Positions 48,529 to 61,584 of a stretch of DNA of 64,000 nt are shown in pieces. The notes beneath the pieces were generated by a model, which was given only the letters and a program-made list of their open reading frames with translations, ran no database searches and was not told the DNA's origin. Both the position numbers and the translations under genes were made by a program. The DNA is from Lingula anatina. Lineage: Eukaryota > Animalia > Brachiopoda. Position 1 is the stretch's first letter; every line of letters begins with the position of its first letter. The stretch is from assembly GCA_051362555.1 (NCBI GenBank), contig CM120646.1:4650001-4714000 (forward strand), read 5' to 3'.

Positions 48529-50993
48529 TTACTTCACTTGAAAAGCGTACTGCATCCCGTCCAGAGAGTTAAAGGCCTGCTTGACCAGACGTCTGGTCAC
48601 CGTGACCCAGCTTCCGTTCACGAGGAAGCCGTCAATCAGTTCGTCCCAACTCTTGCCCCCATAACCAACATCATGTAAATACTTCAAAACACTGTCCATG
48701 ACCACGTATCCACCTGAAAGCGAAAAAAAAACACTCGAGCAATCAATTTAAACTTAGGCCCGCCTTTGTTTTATCGGTTAATTTAAAATGTTTGATTTCT
48801 GAGGGTGAAACCATCATCTGATATGGCTTGAATGGGCAAAACCAGGAGGGTCAAGTTCCATTTTGGAAATGTTTGGATACACTGAACCCCGAAATGAAAT
48901 GACCACGGGAACTCCTGAAAGGTTTGTGTGGAATAATCTAGATTAAAAAAGAACGAGCCCTTTACAACTATCATTAATAGTTCACTCCATAAATTATTGA
49001 CAATGCCACACTGACTTACCTGGCTTAACGATACGAATGAATTCCCCAAAGCAACTTCCTTCCACTTGTCCAACTGCCACTCCCCCGGCCATTACAACTG
49101 CGTCGTATGTATCTGGAAGTTAAAGGAAAGGAAAGCTTTGCGTGGAATTCTCCTTAAGAAATGAGGTGTTCTTTGTCAAAATATCGACCACGTTGCCAAC
49201 TTGAATTTTGAAACTAAGCCTTGTACAGTGTCACTACAAATCTTGAAGCACACTCTAGGCAAATTTGGTATCCAAGGAATTATAGGACTTCTTAATACTT
49301 CCCATGTTCCACCCAAGCTCCATTTCAGAGAGCAACATTTTAAGTGACATGCCTAGGTATAAAAAAGCTATTTATTGCTACTTACTGTCCGGTATATCCA
49401 ATCGCTCGGGGCCAAGTAAAGTACATATCGTTTTCTTGTAGATGCCCTTCTGTTTTGCCTTCTCGAGCATTGCAGGCGATCCATCTAGGGCGTGGAGGTT
49501 GTGGAAGCCACGTTTTGTAAGCTGAGACATGCGAAATAGGAGGTTATTTTAACTTTTATGTCCTACGCAACCTGCACCATAGACTTTTTTGACAGAATGT
49601 CATTGGATTTTGTTCAAACTTACACAGTGTTACACACATTAGGTGAGAACACAATTTGAGTTAAATAATTTTTCAGTTGTTCTTATTATAACACCCCCAA
49701 AAGAAACTCATAACCAAAAATCTTACTTCTACTCCGGCCAAACCGGTTCCACAGGCGGCGTCTAAAATTAGCGCATCCTTGTTGTCTGCTAACACCTTTT
49801 CCACTTCATTAGCAGTGTAACTTGGCCCAAAGTAATTGAAATATACCATTTCCTTGAAAGAGAGCACTTTAAAGATTTGACATATGCAATCAACAATACA
49901 ATCTTATTAAACATTTTATCATGTTACATCTAATGAATACAGCTTGTTTGGTTTATGCTGTTTATAAAGTGCTATTTGTTTTGTATTGCAAAGTTCACTT
50001 GGGGCGACGAAGAATTGGCTCCCATGTAGTAGGCGAGATGGTAGTTGTCAACGAGAACCTTAACGAAGACCAATGCATCTAAGGTCTGGAAAAGGAACTT
50101 TGGACTACTGCTCGTACAGCCATTGCCAACCAGATCCAGTCCCCACCCCTAACTGGTGGGAGAAATCCCTAAATCAGAACCTCATTAAGAATGTGTGAGG
50201 CGGTATGCTCGGAAGAGGGTGATAACTGAAGGATAAACCAGTAAACAAAAATGATCTCATACTACATTTGCACAAAAGTCGCAAAATTGGTCCACGCACG
50301 GACGTGTCCGGCGTATTCTCTCATACAAAATGTACGGTGCAATATACTTAAATGTTTCTTTGATTTTAGCAATGGTTAGCTTATTCATTGGTTGAACAAC
50401 CGGTGAAATTCTATGTAAAAACAAAAACAAAAACAAAAAAAAAAAACATTCTAGAAGTTTAATAATGGGTTGATGACTTGATACTATGTATCATTTTAAG
50501 CAGGGGAATTACTGCTTTTTTTGGTAGGGGAGTATATATATTCTCAAAAGTGTTCCTCGGCACTTGCGCGCGATGTCAACTTTTTATACTTTCTAACAAA
50601 TAAAGTCCTTGGCGGAGGTCTTCCATCTCTGAATGTTGTTTTTGTACCCTGGGTCAGTGGTCTACCAATTATTGAATTCAAAATTTCTAACCAACCTCGA
50701 TCCTAACCGAAGACGTCATTGAGGTCCAGCGAGAAGGCAAGGCCTATACTGGGACAATGTTTTACCGAAAATGCTGTTTGCCCCCCACCCCCCCCCCCCC
50801 ACCCCCAAATAGGCCTTGTGCCTTGTACTCATAGTGTTACCAAAACAGGTTATAACAAATTGGTGGATTAGCTCACCTTTTCGTAATCATTTGCCCATCT
50901 TTCATACAAGGCCTCTGCCTCTTCGTTTGTGATGCCTGGTTTGTCAAGCGCACTTAAGATCGGCGAGGAAGGCTTTTCCCATATTTCAGTCAT
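48529..50993 (-). CDS. METTL27: METTL27-like methyltransferase copy 7 (intact, 218 aa)
   Basis: E1 50993-50877, E2 49852-49727 (DAACGTG, GT donor), E3 49521-49386, E4 49112-49020 (YDAVVMAGGVAVGQVEG), E5 48713-48529; in frame. Confidence 0.9.
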
Positions 50994-51774
50994 GCTTTCT
51001 GTCTTGAAGCAGTTCTGAAGTGTTAAAGAAAAACTCTGCCCCATAGTCTGCTGGAGTCAATTGCTGCCGAAAGATACCATATATAAAAGTATCGGTACAT
51101 ATATGTATAGACACTTAGGCACTAACTACTATATAAAGTCTTGTTGTAAATGTAGGTGCCAGCGCTACATTATAGGTGTATGGAACGGTTTTGCTGAGTT
51201 ACCCATTCTGGTTTCAAATGTAACGGACTTTTCCCCTAAAAATCAACACGCATTCTACATATGATTTCGGTTTATTTTGCCGAACAGGACGTTATATATA
51301 ACCCGATATTTTCGCAGAATTTCAGCAGAACAAGTTGTGCACGAAAATAAAAGGGGGGTGGTTTCAAAATGTATGTCCACCACATTGTATCTGTGACACT
51401 ACAAAGGTATATTTTTCCCGGCAGGCTTTTAGGCATCTAATAAAAATGTTTACACTGACTGAGCATGATAGCAGAAAGGTGGGTTCTACTCCCGCAAAAG
51501 ATAAATTTGCAAAATAATTCAATTTGTATATTTCATTCTCCTATCCCAAATGTAGAAACAAATAATAAAAAATACCCAAAACTGAATGTGACAACTCTTT
51601 AAAAGCCACCCACTGTTTCCAACGTAGTCGTTCTTCTATTCCAAGCGGAGGTATCTTAGGCTGTTAATCTGACTGCTTTCATCGTGGAGTTAATGCGCAT
51701 TAGGTATATGTACATATACATTTATTTCCCTATAGATCTGTTCTTTTGTCTTTCTTTTTTCCCACACGGGTATA

Positions 51775-51778
<4 letters not shown>

Positions 51779-51808
<30 letters not shown>
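51779..51808. repeat. (TG)n microsatellite
   Basis: About 15 TG units. Confidence 0.95.
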
Positions 51809-51809
<1 letters not shown>

Positions 51810-52159
51810 CTGGAGTAGTTAATTTGGACATTTGTGCTCACAAATCAGAGGCTCGAGTTAGAAAAGGCCCAATCCGTTTAAAAGGTCTGCCATTATCAAC
51901 ATTCCAGTAAAAAAAAAGGCTTGACTTTGTATACGAGATCGTTCATGTGAAAATACAACTGGACAAAGAAATGTACTGGATGACTAACACACAAAGGTGG
52001 ATGCTATGCTTTAATGAACACTCACGGTGGAGATTGTAACCTTTGGGCCACAAAACAGTCTCGTCCTTGTTTGAACCCTAAGCAGTGAGTGAACATTAAA
52101 TGATTGAAACTGGTCGTTGTTGTCAGCGTTGGATGTCCTCATAGCGCTTTTCACATAAA

Positions 52160-54100
52160 CATTTTGATCACGAATCTGGAAAGTAGTGTTAACGCGTTAT
52201 CCAACCAAAAGCTCTACAATGGTGTTTGTATTTCGAGCATGTTTGGGCAGTCCCGGACACGCCGTTAAGGCGCATTTTTTGACAGCACGTGGAAATTATA
52301 GTGTTTCAGTTTGTGCTCGTTAGCTAGTTTAATAGTCAAGGTAATGGTCACAATAAGTGGTGGTCTATTGTCACTTTTTTACTCCAGTCAGTGGCACTTT
52401 CAAAGGGTGACGGCGTCTGTTTGTTTCAGTCAGTACAGAGTCAACAGTGTAAGCTACCAACTAGAACGTCAATGCCCTGTTTTTATTCAAAACTGCCCTT
52501 CTTTGACCCTCTCATATTACAGGGGCCTCTAGCATTGCATAGTTTTGTAAGGGATTGCCAGTGGCCCATGTAATCAGATAGTACCCTTCCTTTGTCTGGA
52601 TCGGCCAAAGTATACCAACCCCGTGTATCAAAATGTGGTTTCACGCGGTCAAGGAAAAACTTTTTAATTGGGTTCTCCTAAAAAGGCGACAAAGGGCAGA
52701 AAGGTGAAATATATACCATGGACAAGGGGTCATGTTTTCACCAGGACGTCATACTGCCTATGCTTTGGAAAATACATTGTGTTGATTTGCATACCCCTCA
52801 AAATGGCACTTTTCCTTCTTTACGTGAGCATTACTCTGCTTGGGAAAACCCTATCATCAGAATTTAAACTCAGTGTCATGTCTATCTCCTTTGCTTATTA
52901 TGTGACAAATTGTAAGTGCCTATGGCATTAATTTGCGTCTGAAAATCAAGTCGGGCATTTGTTTACGAATTTTTAAAGGTGGCCCCTAAAAAAGGCTTTG
53001 TGTCACTAAAACTTACTTTTGCTCCAATTAAGACAAAAACGTGACAGTTTATTTTTTCAGAGATATGTAGCTATCTGTAGGTACAATTTCAAGCCTCTAG
53101 CTTAATTAGAATAGGTAATGTGAGGACCCTACATGAACGTCAAGTCTTAATGGAAGGTGAATTTTCATCCGCTTTTTCAGATACGTAGACTCGTACTGCT
53201 TATTGTGGTCATCGTCGGATTTCCTCATGGTGATTTACACGTACATATTTTGACCACTAATATGGAAAGTAGTGTTAATGGTTATCCAACCAAAAAGTTT
53301 ACAAAGGTGTCCGTATTTCCAGCCTTTTTGTGTTAACAGATAACCTAACCGCTATGATATTCAAAACTAACCTTCTTTGACCCTCTCATATTACAGGAGC
53401 CTTTGACATAAATTACAAAATTGCCGATTGGCCGATACAATATTCTTAAAAGACTGTCAGTGGCCCCTGTAATGAGACCACAGTATACGTACACCCGGTC
53501 ACAGTATACCTACCCCTCTATCAAAGAGTGCATAGTGTAACGCGGTCAAGGGCACACTTTTTAATTGGATTTTAACAAAGACGGTATAGGGCAGTAAGAT
53601 GAAATATATACCATAGACAAGGACTCGCGTTTTTCACCAGGTCGTCAGGTCAAGTTCTATTGCCTACGCTTTGAAAAAATACATTGTGTCGATTTGCATT
53701 CCCCTCTAAATGACGCAAGATACGTTCACTTTTCCATTTTTACATGAACATTACTCTGCTTGAGAAAACCCTAGAATCAGAACTTAAACTCTGTGTTTAT
53801 GTCTATCTCCTTTGCTTTTTATGTGACAAATTTCTAGTGCCTATGGCATTAATTTGCGTCTGAAAATCAAGTCGGGCATTTTTTTACGAATTTTTAAAGG
53901 TGGCCTCTAAAAAGGCTTGGTGTCACTAAAACTTACTTTTGCTCCAATTAAGACAAAAACGTAACGGTTTTCTCTGATATGTAGCTATCTGTAAGTAAAA
54001 TTTAAAGCCTCTAGCTCATTTAGAAAAAGTATTGTGAGGACCGTACATGTACGTCAAATCTTAATGGAAGGTTGTTTCTCATCGGTTTTTACAGATTCGC
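52160..54100. repeat. Direct tandem duplication of a ~0.85-1.0 kb non-coding unit
   Basis: 52160-53185 aligns with 53245-54100 (e.g. ggaaagtagtgttaa, cttctttgaccctctcatattacagg, gtgcctatggcattaatttgcgtctgaaaatcaagtcgggcattt, ttaatggaaggt). Confidence 0.85.
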
Positions 54101-54323
54101 ACTTAGCTTTCACCAATATAAAATTACCTTTTTCGCGCTCTAATTGCCTATATAGTATATAATTTTTTGTGTAATACATGAAATAAATAAATACCTTAAA
54201 TATTCCCCTATCTTCGTCAGTGTTAATATAAGTGGGCACACCTCAGTGCATGACAGGTAAGATGTACCAGAACGGGAAATCGTCTCACACGTGATATTCG
54301 AGGAGTAATGGATGCTAGCATAT

Positions 54324-54608
54324 CCCGCACGAAAATGCAGTAGTATCGAAGTAGCAAAGAAGCATTAACGCAGTAGTGGTGTGGAGCATATTTGCAGTAG
54401 AAATGCAGTATAGCCTACTGCAATTCTACTTCAAAAATTACATAGGGTTGTACAGAGGAGGAGCATTAATGCAGTAGATTAGCAGCATGATAGAAGCATG
54501 TTTCAAATATGCTAATTAGCTCCCACATCGAAGCAGATTTGAAGCATGTTTGCAGTATGATTGCAGTAGTCTACTGCGCTGGAGTATCTACTTCGTTTTC
54601 GTGCGGGA
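54324..54608. mobile_element. EnSpm/CACTA-like MITE with CCC..GGG termini
   Basis: TIR cccgcacgaaaa / ttttcgtgcggg, 2-bp TSD AT, internal gcagtag/gaagcat subrepeats. Confidence 0.7.
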
Positions 54609-54890
54609 TAGCACAGACATCAAACGCCTGCGCATAAACAAAAAGTGCGCTTTTTGAAATGAAAAAAAAAATGGCTAGTTTTGTTTATCAGTTTACCTGA
54701 CAGTTTTTTTCCAATTGGTTGATTTGATTAACTTTGCTTTCTGATAGCGTGTGAAAAAGAAGATGGAAAAAGATGGAAATAGTTTGTTGTACGTATTAAA
54801 AATACACTCAAAAATACACTAATTTTTTTCTGCCACTTAATCCAGCAGAATCATTTCATAATAAAATAGACATAAAGACTGGGAATGTAA

Positions 54891-55150
54891 GGGACCATTT
54901 TCAGACCCTATCGTACTAACTGTATATCAATCTATCTTCAAGGGGATTTTCGCTAAATCGCAATCAACTTAAGCGGCTTAGATGTCTGTCTCGCCTACTG
55001 AAGCTGCTAGGGGGTAATTAATTATCGTTTTGCAGCTTTAGTAGGCCTGTCAGACATCTAAACTTAAGCTGAAAACAATTTAGCGAGAAAGCCACTGGGG
55101 TTGGATCGATCCTGTTAGATCGATCTACATGTAGGTATGGGAACCCAGTC
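54891..55150. mobile_element. Palindromic MITE, same family as 46716-46960
   Basis: Direct alignment with 46716-46960. Confidence 0.65.
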
Positions 55151-56124
55151 AGACATGAACATTCCCAATTATTTATTTCATCAGGTATTAAAAACTACAG
55201 TGCTTGCTGAAATCACACTTTATTTGCAATGAAAAAGTTCTTTCCGCAATTTGATATGATTTTATTATTTTTACGACTCTTCGGTTGATAAGCTGTCCAT
55301 CTGTTCCTAGAACTGACCATATATTAGCAAATCACAAAATGGTTTCAACAAGACCAGATTTACTCCAACATTGCATCCTGTCTAGAGAGTTAAACAACTG
55401 CTCCACCAGGCGTCTGGGCACCGTGACCCAGCGTTTGGCCTCTATGTACCTGCCGATTGTTTCGTCCCAACTCTTTCCTTCGTTACTAGTACGATGGAAA
55501 TACTTCGAAATGGTGTCCAAGACAATGCACCAGCCTGAAAGATAAAGAAGAACACTTAAGGAAACCTTTGTTGAACTCTGCGTATGTTAATATGGATTCT
55601 TGCGATGTTTTTAAACCCAGGCCGTTTGATTTCCGAGGGTGAAAGCATAATCTGTTAGAGGGTGATGGATGAAACAAAATCAGGAGAGAGAATAATCACT
55701 CTGGAAATGTTTATATACATCATACGTCGATATAAAATGACCACGGGACCTGTTGAATGATTTGCGTGGAATAATCTAAGTTCCAAAAATAATGCTCCTT
55801 TTAAAATCACCATTACTGGTTCACTATTCGGATTCTTGCTACTGTCACACTGTCCTACATGTACCTGGCTTAACAATGCGAATGAGTTCCCCCAAGCAAC
55901 TTCCGTCCACGTGCCCAGCACCGCCAGCCCTGCACATGACAACTGCCTCGTATGTATCTGGGTGTTAAAAGAAAGATAGTAAAAATGATCTGCAGCTCCC
56001 CTAACGGATTGTAGTAGCCTATGTCATAATACCGCCCTTATGAAAAAGTCCTATAGGATCCGTGGGGGTGACGCACGTGCGACGCATTCCGGGTGTGCTC
56101 TCGACTTTGTTCGTTAGTTTTGAG

Positions 56125-56418
56125 GGCGTGCGCCTTACTCAACACGCAAAGGGCACTTGCTCCTTCATTGCTTGCGACGTGCGTCTTGCACAACGCGCGT
56201 CTCTCTTGCTAACTCCGCGCGAGGGGAGCAAGTTACGCTTGCGGCCTCGCTGTTCGCAGGCTATAGAATCTTTTGGACATGTCCAACATCCTCCGTACGT
56301 GCTTACGGGCTGTCTGCGAACTCAAAATTTCGTAAGAAGGACTTGCCGTGAGATTCTACGCAAAATTTGGACGCAAACAGCCCGTAAGAGCCCGTACGGC
56401 CGGTTGTGACCGAGGCTT
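56125..56418 (-). repeat. Interspersed repeat fragment (inverted copy of 21105-21390), ending cggttgtgaccgaggctt
   Basis: Reverse-complement alignment with 21105-21390. Confidence 0.7.
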
Positions 56419-56520
56419 TATACATTTTGCACAACAGGTGCGATCAACCGACGATCTAGTTAATTTTACATTATATCCGCCAAGAATGTAACGGTTAGCC
56501 TACGTTAGTCTGTTTTCCTG

Positions 56521-56667
56521 GGCCCCGTAACTCGAAAGCATCGCGCATTGCGACCGAGTGCAAGCGTCTCGATTCCATAATTTGTCCATACTCGCCCAAT
56601 ATAATACACTGTAGCCTCTATGTGATATCGCTATTGGCAATACGTGATGCTTTCGAGTTACGGGGCC
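56521..56667. mobile_element. 147 bp PIF/Harbinger-like MITE
   Basis: Perfect TIR ggccccgtaactcgaaagcatc / gatgctttcgagttacggggcc and 3-bp TSD CTG. Confidence 0.85.
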
Positions 56668-59600
56668 CTGTACTGCATGTGTTATTGTTTGTCACCAGCC
56701 TGATTTAAGTACAGATGGTTTTTGCTGAAATTTACAGGACAGATCAGAAGTGGGCTAACATACAAGTAATTTGATTTTGGTGGTCATTCGGATAACGGTC
56801 TGGATCCAATAATTTTGAAAGGATTCGGCACTACTGCCACATAGGACTCATGGTTATATGCAAACCAGATCCAGACCCCCCTCCCCATATAGCTCATTAA
56901 GAATGTGTAGGATATCCTCGGAAATGGATAACTGAAGGATAATAATGCAAACAATGATTTCGTACTATCTTTGCACCGTCTGTGGAACGCCATTACTTCG
57001 CGAAAGTTACAGGACCTTTTGACTCCATGCACAGACGCGACAGGTGCGTCCTCCAATCCAGGGATTATTGTATCAAACACTTAAATGTGCCTTTGATATG
57101 TTTACTATGGCTAGTTTATTCATTGGTTGTACAATCATTAAAATTTTGAGAAACAATGTTTTTTGAAGTTGAATAAAGAAAATTAGTTCATGACATGGTT
57201 TTCTATATCACTTTAAACATTGCGTTAGGGGTGACACTCACCTTATCGTAACCACTGGCCCATCTTGCATACACGTCCTCACCTCTTTATCTGTGATACA
57301 TGATCTGTTAAGTTCACTCAATCTAGGTAAATTTTTGTCCTTCGTTTTAGGCGTTCTTGCTTTTAATTTATGAAGTAATTCCGTAGTGTTCGCCTTCTAA
57401 CGCCTACCCCTATATCATTTGCAGGGCCGTCTGCTGTTGACGTGTCCTTTCGAAAATTAAACAGGGTATATAGTGCTATAAGAAAAAACAAAGCAAGCAA
57501 AAATATAGCTTTCTTCAATTTTACAGTCTTGTTTATTAAATAATGTTATTTTGCTGGCTTTTAAACCTGTTTTCTATAGATTCAAATATTTCTACATATT
57601 TTCGGATTGAAGGAAAAGTAATAGACTCCAGATCGACTGTGACAGCAAAATTTTAAAGTATTTAAGGATTTACAAAGATTCCACTCGTTTTTTTCACCAA
57701 GCTGCCCTTCCCGTGTCATCCATAGTATAATGTACAGATAGTAAAATTGCTACTATCTGCTGAAAGAAACGAGATTATTAAGTACATTGCCCTTAATTTT
57801 TTCAACCCTTAATCAACAGAAGCCAGAAAAACTATTAGTCAATTTACCGTTAGGTTCCAAACGCATAGGGATAATAAAATGGTTGCGCCATATTTGTGAT
57901 ATCGGGGAAACATAACCATCGCATGAGGGTCATTAGCATAATAAAGATGCCACGCATGTTAATATAATTTGTCCTAGCGTTTTGACTGTTTTTATATAAC
58001 AAGCCTGCATAAAACTTCATTAAACACAGTGAAAAGCAATTTTTACTCGATATTGTTGACAGGTACATGAAGAGATATTTGATATAAAATTCCTTACTGA
58101 TTGTTTTAAGAAGAAAAATATTCAAAACCTTATCATTTGATCAAAATTTCGGTAAATGGGCATTTTTGTTTTAGTTTAAGGTTCTTTGATAATAGTTTTT
58201 AATTCATCTGTGTATTTGCTCCCCTTTCTTGGGCCACTGCTTATCAAGACTGATCATATGGTCATACAGTACCCGAGCAACTCCACAGTCGGCATTTGAA
58301 ATGGCAAAAAATACTCAAAACTTAAAAACGCCTAGGTGTGAACCGCTTTGGCTCTCATCGTGCTTTTTAACGTCATAGGTGAAGTCAAACGTGATCTCAG
58401 TGTAAAACAAAATGGAAATAAAGGCATCTGATGTCATCTAACTAGGAACATTAAAGACAGCCTTATCAATAAAAGAGACCCTTGATTGATTGGGTAGCTT
58501 TCTCGGTACATCACCACGTCAAACAGTGAGCCCAACCTCCTTTCGGTTTCTAAAAAAATCACACTATTATCCCCCTCTTGAAATTGAAATTGACAAACTG
58601 AGTCACAGTTCTAAACCGTGTCAAAAAGCACCATTTGCCCCCCAAAACACCCTGGCTAGTAAATTTGTTTGTTCTTAATGCCTTAATGGTCACTAAGAGT
58701 ACTTGTTATGCACGTTACTTGCAGAACCAATGGGTTGAGCTGTCAGACGCACCATGGCCATTGCCGTGACACATCGATATAAGCGTCCCTTTTGGGGCAT
58801 ATAACTCTTCTTCAGGGGATAATTTAGAATATTTGGGCATCCAAATCGCTCTTTTCTAAAATGTTTGTTGTATGAATTAAAGTCAGTCATATATTTTGTT
58901 TGCTTCAGTAGGGTAATTCAATTAAAGAACAGTTATCACAGTGACGCTGAGGAGATTATAAAAAGTTTTTCCAACACAGTTTGTACCGGTATATGTTTTT
59001 ATTTATCAGTCAGAAAAATAGAAAAATGATTTGGAAAAAAATGTCCATATTGAATGTCATGTTTGTAGATGAAAAGAATAGGCAGACTTTGCCGATAACA
59101 TCCAGCATGTCTCCATAACCGAAAAAATGCCCGCTGTCTATGACAGAGTAAAGCATATATGCCAGTTACTAGCTTTGATGGAAACACAAGGGCATCAGCC
59201 AACTTTTTGATATAAATTGGTCTATGAGGCTCAACATTGATAAAGGGGGATTCTTGCATTTTATAATGCAACCATATTAAGTGATATTGTTACAAGAAAA
59301 AAATGCTGAATTTAATGAAAGAAGAGTTTTGTGAATTTAATTTGAGCATAAATTGCCATAAATCTATAGTATATTAATAAAGCAAAATATTCTTTTGCTC
59401 TGCCTTACCCATAAATCTATGTCCTTGAACCCTACTTTACCATCAGTGTGGTTATCAGAAGCAGACAGAAAGCTACAGTGTCAACGTGGACACGCGGACA
59501 TATGGTATCATGTTCTTATCGGTCATCTAAGACGGCATATGACTATCAGGTACTATATTTGGTAATCGGTGACCTTGAATGAACTGTCACCGTCTAGGTC

Positions 59601-59967
59601 GAGTGACGGGAAGGCATCAGGCAGCACCATAAACTGTTGGTTTATCGGGTCTTGTTCAATATACTCTCGCAAAGAGTTAGTGCAACGGAAAAAATTAAAA
59701 AAAGAAACTTCGAAACAAAACGTTTCAAAAACCGAAATACCAACATTAGCTAGGGCACGCCACTGAGTGATTTTTGCTAACATGAAAAACGCCCGTCGAA
59801 TGCAAGATTGCAAATCTGATAAACTATATTTCAATTTTTGTTTGGCCTTAGATCAATATGCGTTTCCCATAGCAATATATAAGTAAATCAAAGGACACGT
59901 CGGCATCAGATGATTCCCAGCAATCGGCATCGCAATTTCTAAGTGACCCGTGAAGTTGTTTTAAAAA

Positions 59968-61584
59968 ATGGCTAAAATTGAAGAGAAAAAGCTTCCAATT
60001 TTGAACGAGCTTGACAAACCAGGAATCACAAATGAAGAGGTGGAGGACGTGTATGCAAGATGGGCCAAAGATTACGACAGGGTGAGTTACTCCTGTGATC
60101 TTCAGAATTTTATGATAGTGCTTACAATATATGGATAAAACAGCCAATATCATATTGCAAGAGCAAAAACTTTACATTTATTTGTATCCCAATAGTATGT
60201 TTGTGTGTTCAGTAAAACAGACGTGAATGCGTATTATGTAAAGCCCAAGCAATTCATGTAGATTATCTAGTTAATTCATAAAAATGTCATGTAAATATGT
60301 TAATTAAAACACGCCGTTGTTTATTCCGAATATTGAATATCTTTATAATTCTTTAAATGCAGGATATCGCGGACCTCAATTACTTTGCACCAGCTAACAA
60401 TGCTAATGAGGTAGAAAAAGCACTGAAAAACAAAAAAGACGCGCTTATTTTGGATGCCGCCTGCGGAACTGGTTTGTGTGGAATAGAAGTGAGTGGTTTA
60501 CTTTTTGTATGAATTAGTATGATATCGTGTGGCAAAATGAGCACTATTGTAAAATTAGATAACTTTACGGGTGATCTCAGCATCTTCACGTAATATTGCA
60601 AACGTCTGAACAAATGTATTGACATTTTGTAGCGATATTCTCTCTTCTACAGGCAGCTAAAGTTTTTAAAATAAACAATATTTCGTATGTCTTAGCTTAC
60701 AAAGCGTGGTTTCCACAACCTCCACGCCCTGGATGGGTCAAGTGAAATGCTTGAGCAGGCAAAACAGAAGGGCATCTATAAGAAAACGATGTGTGCCTTA
60801 CTTGGACCCAATCGGTTGGATATCCCGGACAGTACGTAGCAGTGGCTGTTCTTTTTACTTATCCATGTCACTTATTCGGTTGCTTTCTGAGATGGTTCTT
60901 GGGTGGAACATATGCAATATATAGTTACTGGTTCTGTGTGGTCAAATTTGCCTTGCGAGTGTTTTTCGACTTTGATGCCACCCAAATACTAGGTTTTGCT
61001 TCAATATTCAAGTTGGCAGAATGAACGGTATTATGGCATTGGCTTCTTCTATTCGTCAAGAAAATAATATTTTTTTTTCTTTCTTGTAACTTCCAGACAC
61101 ATACGATGCAGTTGTCATGTCCGGGGCTGTTGGATCTGGACACGTATATGCGAGTTGCTTGGGAGAATTAATTCGCATCGTTAAGCCAGGTTAGTGTTGT
61201 GCCACTGGCAACTATTTGTTAAGTGAGTCAGGAAAAATGGTTATAAAAGGATATTCTGAACTTCAATTGTGCCGAATGAAAATTGAATCAATTAACCAAC
61301 ATTATAAACGAGTGGAATCGTGGTCATTTCTTTCGATGTACAGTGTCCCAAATTCTTTTTTTCAGATGTCCCTGCTAATTTTGTTCCATGTTCCCACCCC
61401 TTCTAAGATAATGATTTCATTTTTAAAGATTGAATGTAATTATAATGAAAGTGAAGAATTCACTTAGTGAAGAAAGGACCTAATAATGTAAATGTATATA
61501 ATTTAATTGAGATTTGCTGAAGTTGCCTTTCTTCTCATTCTAGGCGGCTACGTCGTCGTTGATACCATCTTTAGGTATTCATAG
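59968..61584 (+). pseudogene. METTL27: METTL27-like copy 9: exons 1-4 intact, exon 5 interrupted by a transposon (truncated, ~169 aa)
   Basis: E1 59968-60081, E2 60363-60488 (DAACGTG), E3 60696-60831, E4 61097-61189. E5 starts at 61544 (GYVVVDTIFRYS), then TAG at 61582-61584, where homology stops. Confidence 0.85.

Larger units (their letters stand above)
55332..57354 (-). pseudogene. METTL27: METTL27-like copy 8 pseudogene
   Basis: E1 57354-57242 has ACG in place of ATG and a 1-nt deletion (113 nt). Exons 2 and 3 were not found. E4 55957-55865 is intact in length. E5 from 55534 has a deletion near the end and reads through to TGA at 55332. Confidence 0.88.

Noticed and set aside
58693-59271. 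Two minus-strand ORFs that might be a decayed gene
   Set aside because: No recognisable domain motif or consistent splice signals.
16339-61584. Methyltransferase cluster plus RT and helicase fragments read as a prokaryotic defence system (R-M, retron, CRISPR)
   Set aside because: The genes are spliceosomal-intron-split METTL27-like paralogs, the RT is a LINE and the helicase fragment is inside a TIR element. No repeat-spacer array was seen.
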